Virus record (IMG/VR): IMGVR_UViG_3300011335_000619
Span: 1 to 27,912 of that record
Strand: one strand, 5' to 3'
From: a virus
Lineage: Duplodnaviria > Caudoviricetes
Length of the DNA stretch: 27,912 nucleotides
This document shows, one piece after another, positions 24,539 through 27,912 of this stretch; positions within the stretch are counted from its first letter, which is position 1, and the number at the start of each line of letters is the position of its first letter. Made by a program: the position numbers and the translations under genes. Below the pieces are notes generated by a model. That model worked only from the letters and a program-made list of their open reading frames with translations, made no database searches and was not told the DNA's origin.

Positions 24539-24563
24539 AACTACACAATGAGGAATATACACA

Positions 24564-25061
24564 ATGGCACTTACATACGACACAACCAAATGCCCTAGCA
24601 TCGTTCGTGAAGAACTTGCTGGCATCACAGAATCAATCATCTTTATAACCATGAATACTAGGCATGGCTGGGAGATGGATAAAAAGACAATGCCTGTATT
24701 CATACGCAGGTTTAACCTTTTAAACAAAACATGGAGATACCTGTGTATGGCTGAGACCACACACATGCGACAAACTCATGACCGTATATGGGTTGACAAG
24801 TTTGGGCTGCAATGGATTGGTGATGAACATCCATATTTATATCTAACAGAAGACTCAGTACAAACATATTGGTTTGGACTAAGAACAAATTGTGGTGCAG
24901 ATACAGATGCTGCATGGAATAAAAACTTTATATCTAACCAGTATCGTGAGTCGTTTGAACAGAGTCCGTTTTATTTGCGGTTTAGAAAGATTGATCAAGT
25001 AAAAGATATTTTCAATGAGCTTTGTAAAGGACCAGCTAAAGAAAGTGAGGAGACAAATTGA
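24564..25061 (+). CDS. Hypothetical protein
   Basis: 165 aa, GAGGA RBS. Confidence 0.7.
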   Translation: MALTYDTTKCPSIVREELAGITESIIFITMNTRHGWEMDKKTMPVFIRRFNLLNKTWRYLCMAETTHMRQTHDRIWVDKFGLQWIGDEHPYLYLTEDSVQTYWFGLRTNCGADTDAAWNKNFISNQYRESFEQSPFYLRFRKIDQVKDIFNELCKGPAKESEETN

Positions 25062-25366
25062 AAGCAGAAAATCCAGTTGTATACAGGTATGAGTATTGGT
25101 CTACATACGGTGATGCCAGCCCTAACCGCAGGACAAACATCTATTTCAAAATATATAGGACTGCCCCGACTAATCTTGTTGTTCGACGTGAGTTAGCAGT
25201 AATGATTGGCTGCGCTGGCTTACGTAGAGGCGTTGAGCAAAACGATGATGGCACTCAGCTCAGGCTATACAGTGAGCGTCACGCAATGGTTGGGTTTGGT
25301 GGTCCATATCTAGCCAACACAGGTAAGACATACAAAGAACTGAAAGAGTTATACAACAATGAGTGA
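25058..25366 (+). CDS. Hypothetical protein
   Basis: 102 aa, GAGGAG RBS, TTG start overlapping the upstream stop. Confidence 0.7.
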   Translation: MKAENPVVYRYEYWSTYGDASPNRRTNIYFKIYRTAPTNLVVRRELAVMIGCAGLRRGVEQNDDGTQLRLYSERHAMVGFGGPYLANTGKTYKELKELYNNE

Positions 25367-25742
25367 ATGGTTCAGCTTAGAAGACCGCAACTATCAGAAT
25401 GACCACCGTGTACGCGGTGGTCAGGATCGTTGGTGGATAGACATCAATGAGAGCAAGATGATCGTGAGACACAAGTATGACACTGAAGATGAAAAACAGG
25501 TTTGGTACAAGTTTAAGTATGAGACATGCGACACGTGTGATGGTAAAGGCCATCATGTTAATCCTTCTGTTGATTGCAATGGTCTAACGTATGAAGATTT
25601 ATATGACGATGGCTATGCAGAAGATTACTTTGATGGTGTGTATGACGTGGATTGCTACAAATGCCATGGCAATAGAGTCATGCCAGTCAAGTTTGGTAAG
25701 CCAATACACATAGAACCTAGAGAGGATGATGACGATGAGTGA
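25359..25742 (+). CDS. Protein with DnaJ-type Cys-rich zinc-finger repeats
   Basis: CDTCDGKG and CYKCHGNR (CxxCxGxG-like). Confidence 0.7.
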   Translation: MSEWFSLEDRNYQNDHRVRGGQDRWWIDINESKMIVRHKYDTEDEKQVWYKFKYETCDTCDGKGHHVNPSVDCNGLTYEDLYDDGYAEDYFDGVYDVDCYKCHGNRVMPVKFGKPIHIEPREDDDDE

Positions 25743-26136
25743 TGAGAGTATCTTTCTACAAGCATGGAATGAGATTATAGAAGACAGTGAGGTAGCACAA
25801 GAATGCTACCTTTCTCTTTATGAAAACGTTTCGTATTACGGTGGACCAGAGGAAGGAGGATGGTGGGGGTACTTACAGCTACTCCAAAAATATTGCAAGT
25901 GTTCATCGCATGCGCAAGCAGAAATGCTGATGGAAAAATTGCGTGATCACTGCGAAGAACTAACAGAAGCAGCAAAGAAAGCTGATGGTAATGATTGTTT
26001 ACGTCACATGCACCGCGCTGATCAACGTGGTGAAGATGTTAGTGATGACGGATATGACGGACCATCAACATACTACATGATAATAGAAGCAATACCGGGG
26101 CAGCATCAAAATACAACGAGGAGTCATTATGAGTAA
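25726..26136 (+). CDS. Hypothetical acidic protein (YGGPEEGGWW motif)
   Basis: 136 aa; true start may be 25735; the motif is recalled from other phage early proteins. Confidence 0.7.
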   Translation: MMTMSDESIFLQAWNEIIEDSEVAQECYLSLYENVSYYGGPEEGGWWGYLQLLQKYCKCSSHAQAEMLMEKLRDHCEELTEAAKKADGNDCLRHMHRADQRGEDVSDDGYDGPSTYYMIIEAIPGQHQNTTRSHYE

Positions 26137-26512
26137 ATATGTACCAGAGTACTACCACAAGGCAGCAGACATAATTATGGCTATGGCAGCTCAAGTATGG
26201 GAACTGCAATGGCAAAACAGCGAATGGGTGCATTGTGAATGCAATCAGCATAGGACATATGCCACATTTGTTGTCGAAGACGAGTACTGCGTAGATACAT
26301 GGAAAGTTAACGTCGAGGTTGGTATATGCCTTGACTGTGACCCGGCAACCTGTGATGGTAACTGTGATGACCTAAGCACAGTAAATATCGAGGTTGGATG
26401 GGCAGGATTGAGTAAATTAGATTGTGAAAAAATATGCCAAGTAATAGATTTGGATGATGACAAATACGGAGAGTATTGGTTTTGGAATAGCAAAGGAGAC
26501 AGTAGTGGATAA
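26129..26512 (+). CDS. Hypothetical acidic Cys-rich protein
   Basis: 127 aa, GAGGAG RBS. Confidence 0.65.
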   Translation: MSKYVPEYYHKAADIIMAMAAQVWELQWQNSEWVHCECNQHRTYATFVVEDEYCVDTWKVNVEVGICLDCDPATCDGNCDDLSTVNIEVGWAGLSKLDCEKICQVIDLDDDKYGEYWFWNSKGDSSG

Positions 26513-26931
26513 TGCCATCTAGAAAACTAACACCTAAACAAATAGCGTCAATACATCATCAAGCAAACAATGGCGTAAGTGTTGTTGCATTATGTGCTAA
26601 ATACAACTTATCGTCATCACATATCTACAGAATCAAGAACAACACACAACGTAATAGAAGGACAAAGAAATTGAGTACATATAATGGCTGGACGAATCAC
26701 GCAACATGGTTGTTTTATCTGCATCACCAAGAAGATGTAGAGAACTGGCATCACGAACACAGTGAACACGAAAAACAAAACCATGCAGAAAAACACTTAC
26801 AAGAATACTTTGAGGAAATGTATGGCGAGCTAATCGATGGCATTAGCAACATCTATATCACTGACATCGTTAATAACGAACTACGTGATGTTAATTGGAA
26901 CGAAATACTTAAGACGGTAACAGAGGAATAA
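26512..26931 (+). CDS. HTH domain fused to an acidic YNGWTNxxTW domain
   Basis: N-terminal KLTPKQI..I...GVSVVALCAKYNLSSSHIYRI (HTH); C-terminal YNGWTNHATW...DVNWNEI. Confidence 0.65.
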   Translation: MPSRKLTPKQIASIHHQANNGVSVVALCAKYNLSSSHIYRIKNNTQRNRRTKKLSTYNGWTNHATWLFYLHHQEDVENWHHEHSEHEKQNHAEKHLQEYFEEMYGELIDGISNIYITDIVNNELRDVNWNEILKTVTEE

Positions 26932-26933
26932 AA

Positions 26934-27827
26934 ATGACAGCTAAAGAATATCTCAACAAGTTTGGGCTGGATGCAAATCCAGCCTTTTTCACCAATGTAC
27001 ACAATGGCAAACATATGAAGCCTAAGTACAACTCGTACTGCTTCTATGATGGTGCATCACAACTTGATCGACGCCATCCGATCATTGCTGTGATGTCTAA
27101 CTGCCAATATAACGCAGAGGATTACAATATCAAGACTGGCGATATGCTGCAGACCTACATCATCATGCGTAATATTCACCCCCAACACGCTATTGACTTT
27201 ATGCTTGACGATTGTATATGCGGTCAGTGTATACACCGTAAGAGTTGGAAGGTACATATCGTCAATGGTAAACGCAAGCTTGTACGTACATGTTATGTAA
27301 ATATTGGTAAGGGTGTCACTGCAATATGGGAATCATTCCAGAAAAGCAAGATACCTATTGTATCTAGCACTATTGCTGCAACCATACAGGTTGTTGCTGG
27401 TAAACAGACACGCATTGGGTCATACGGTGATCCAGTAGCCGTACCATTTCCTATATGGGGTGACTTGCTACGCTACAGTCTTGGTCATCGTGGCTACACA
27501 CACCAATGGCGTGACAAACTTGCAGCACCATTTAAAGGCATACTACAAGCGTCGTGTGACAATTACACTGATCAGCATGATGCAGAGCAAGCTGGCTGGG
27601 GTACGTTTACCGTTCTTCCCAAGCATGACTACGTCAATCGTCGGCACGTAGCCTACAGCAAGGGTATGAAACAGTGCCCTAGCGATCCATTCATTAATGA
27701 GATGCGCACATATCGCAATATGCTAAAAATGCATACAGACTGTGTTGGGTGTCCAGCATCATTACAGTGCGATGGCGACAGTCATGTTGTCATCCGTGCT
27801 CACGGCAGTGCAGCTGCGTGGGTTTAA
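26934..27827 (+). CDS. GP88-like Cys-rich protein (putative Fe-S, radical-SAM-like fold)
   Basis: KTGDM, CGQCIHR, CYV, RIGSYGD, GYTHQW, ASCD, CP..CxxC...C and terminal AHG motifs. Confidence 0.6.
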   Translation: MTAKEYLNKFGLDANPAFFTNVHNGKHMKPKYNSYCFYDGASQLDRRHPIIAVMSNCQYNAEDYNIKTGDMLQTYIIMRNIHPQHAIDFMLDDCICGQCIHRKSWKVHIVNGKRKLVRTCYVNIGKGVTAIWESFQKSKIPIVSSTIAATIQVVAGKQTRIGSYGDPVAVPFPIWGDLLRYSLGHRGYTHQWRDKLAAPFKGILQASCDNYTDQHDAEQAGWGTFTVLPKHDYVNRRHVAYSKGMKQCPSDPFINEMRTYRNMLKMHTDCVGCPASLQCDGDSHVVIRAHGSAAAWV

Positions 27828-27860
27828 TTAAACAAATAAATAAACACAGAGGAGTTAGTA

Positions 27861-27912
27861 ATGTTTTATTCAATATGCGAAGAAGAAGAGTGGTCAACTG
27901 ATCGTTACGATT
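27861..27912 (+). CDS. Hypothetical protein, N-terminus only (runs off the window edge)
   Basis: GAGGAG RBS, ATG 27861, open to the end (MFYSICEEEEWSTDRYD). Confidence 0.5.
   Translation, partial: MFYSICEEEEWSTDRYD

Noticed and set aside
23077-24563. Stop-codon readthrough or frameshifting driven by the pseudoknots (MuLV-like spacing)
   Set aside because: In-frame stops follow within a few codons for copies 1 and 2, copy 3 is out of frame with the next gene, and no slippery heptamer is present.
1-27912. Stop-codon reassignment or integrated prophage boundary
   Set aside because: Known genes are intact under the standard code with TAG used as a stop; no suppressor tRNA, integrase or host-like gene block is visible.

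Overview
Fragment of a tailed dsDNA bacteriophage genome (probably podovirus-like, with a P22-type portal) with two divergent arms. The minus-strand arm (1-~19.1 kb) carries, read right to left: tRNA-Asn, a structured trailer and a set of small basic proteins; HNH and SNase nucleases; tRNA-Leu; ThyX, dUTPase, a DUF3310-like protein and SSB; a LuxR-type HTH gene (plus strand); four large orphan genes that probably encode internal virion proteins; TerS, TerL, portal, scaffold and the 5' part of the major capsid gene. A G-tract-rich non-coding region (~19.13-19.67 kb) marks the strand switch. The plus-strand arm (19.67 kb-end) is a run of short early-type hypothetical genes ending in a GP88-like Cys-rich protein. 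Three signals stand out. (1) A short motif, Phi-x-x-Phi-Phi-G-[IV], is shared by the scaffold C-terminus and at least seven unrelated orphan proteins and may be a capsid-loading tag. (2) Compact H-type pseudoknots sit between early genes: three near-identical copies with covariation, plus sequence-unrelated structures of the same topology. (3) Two covarying tRNA-elbow-like (T-loop) elements begin at stop codons in the same arm. All product calls come from motif recognition by eye; no database searches or folding programs were run.
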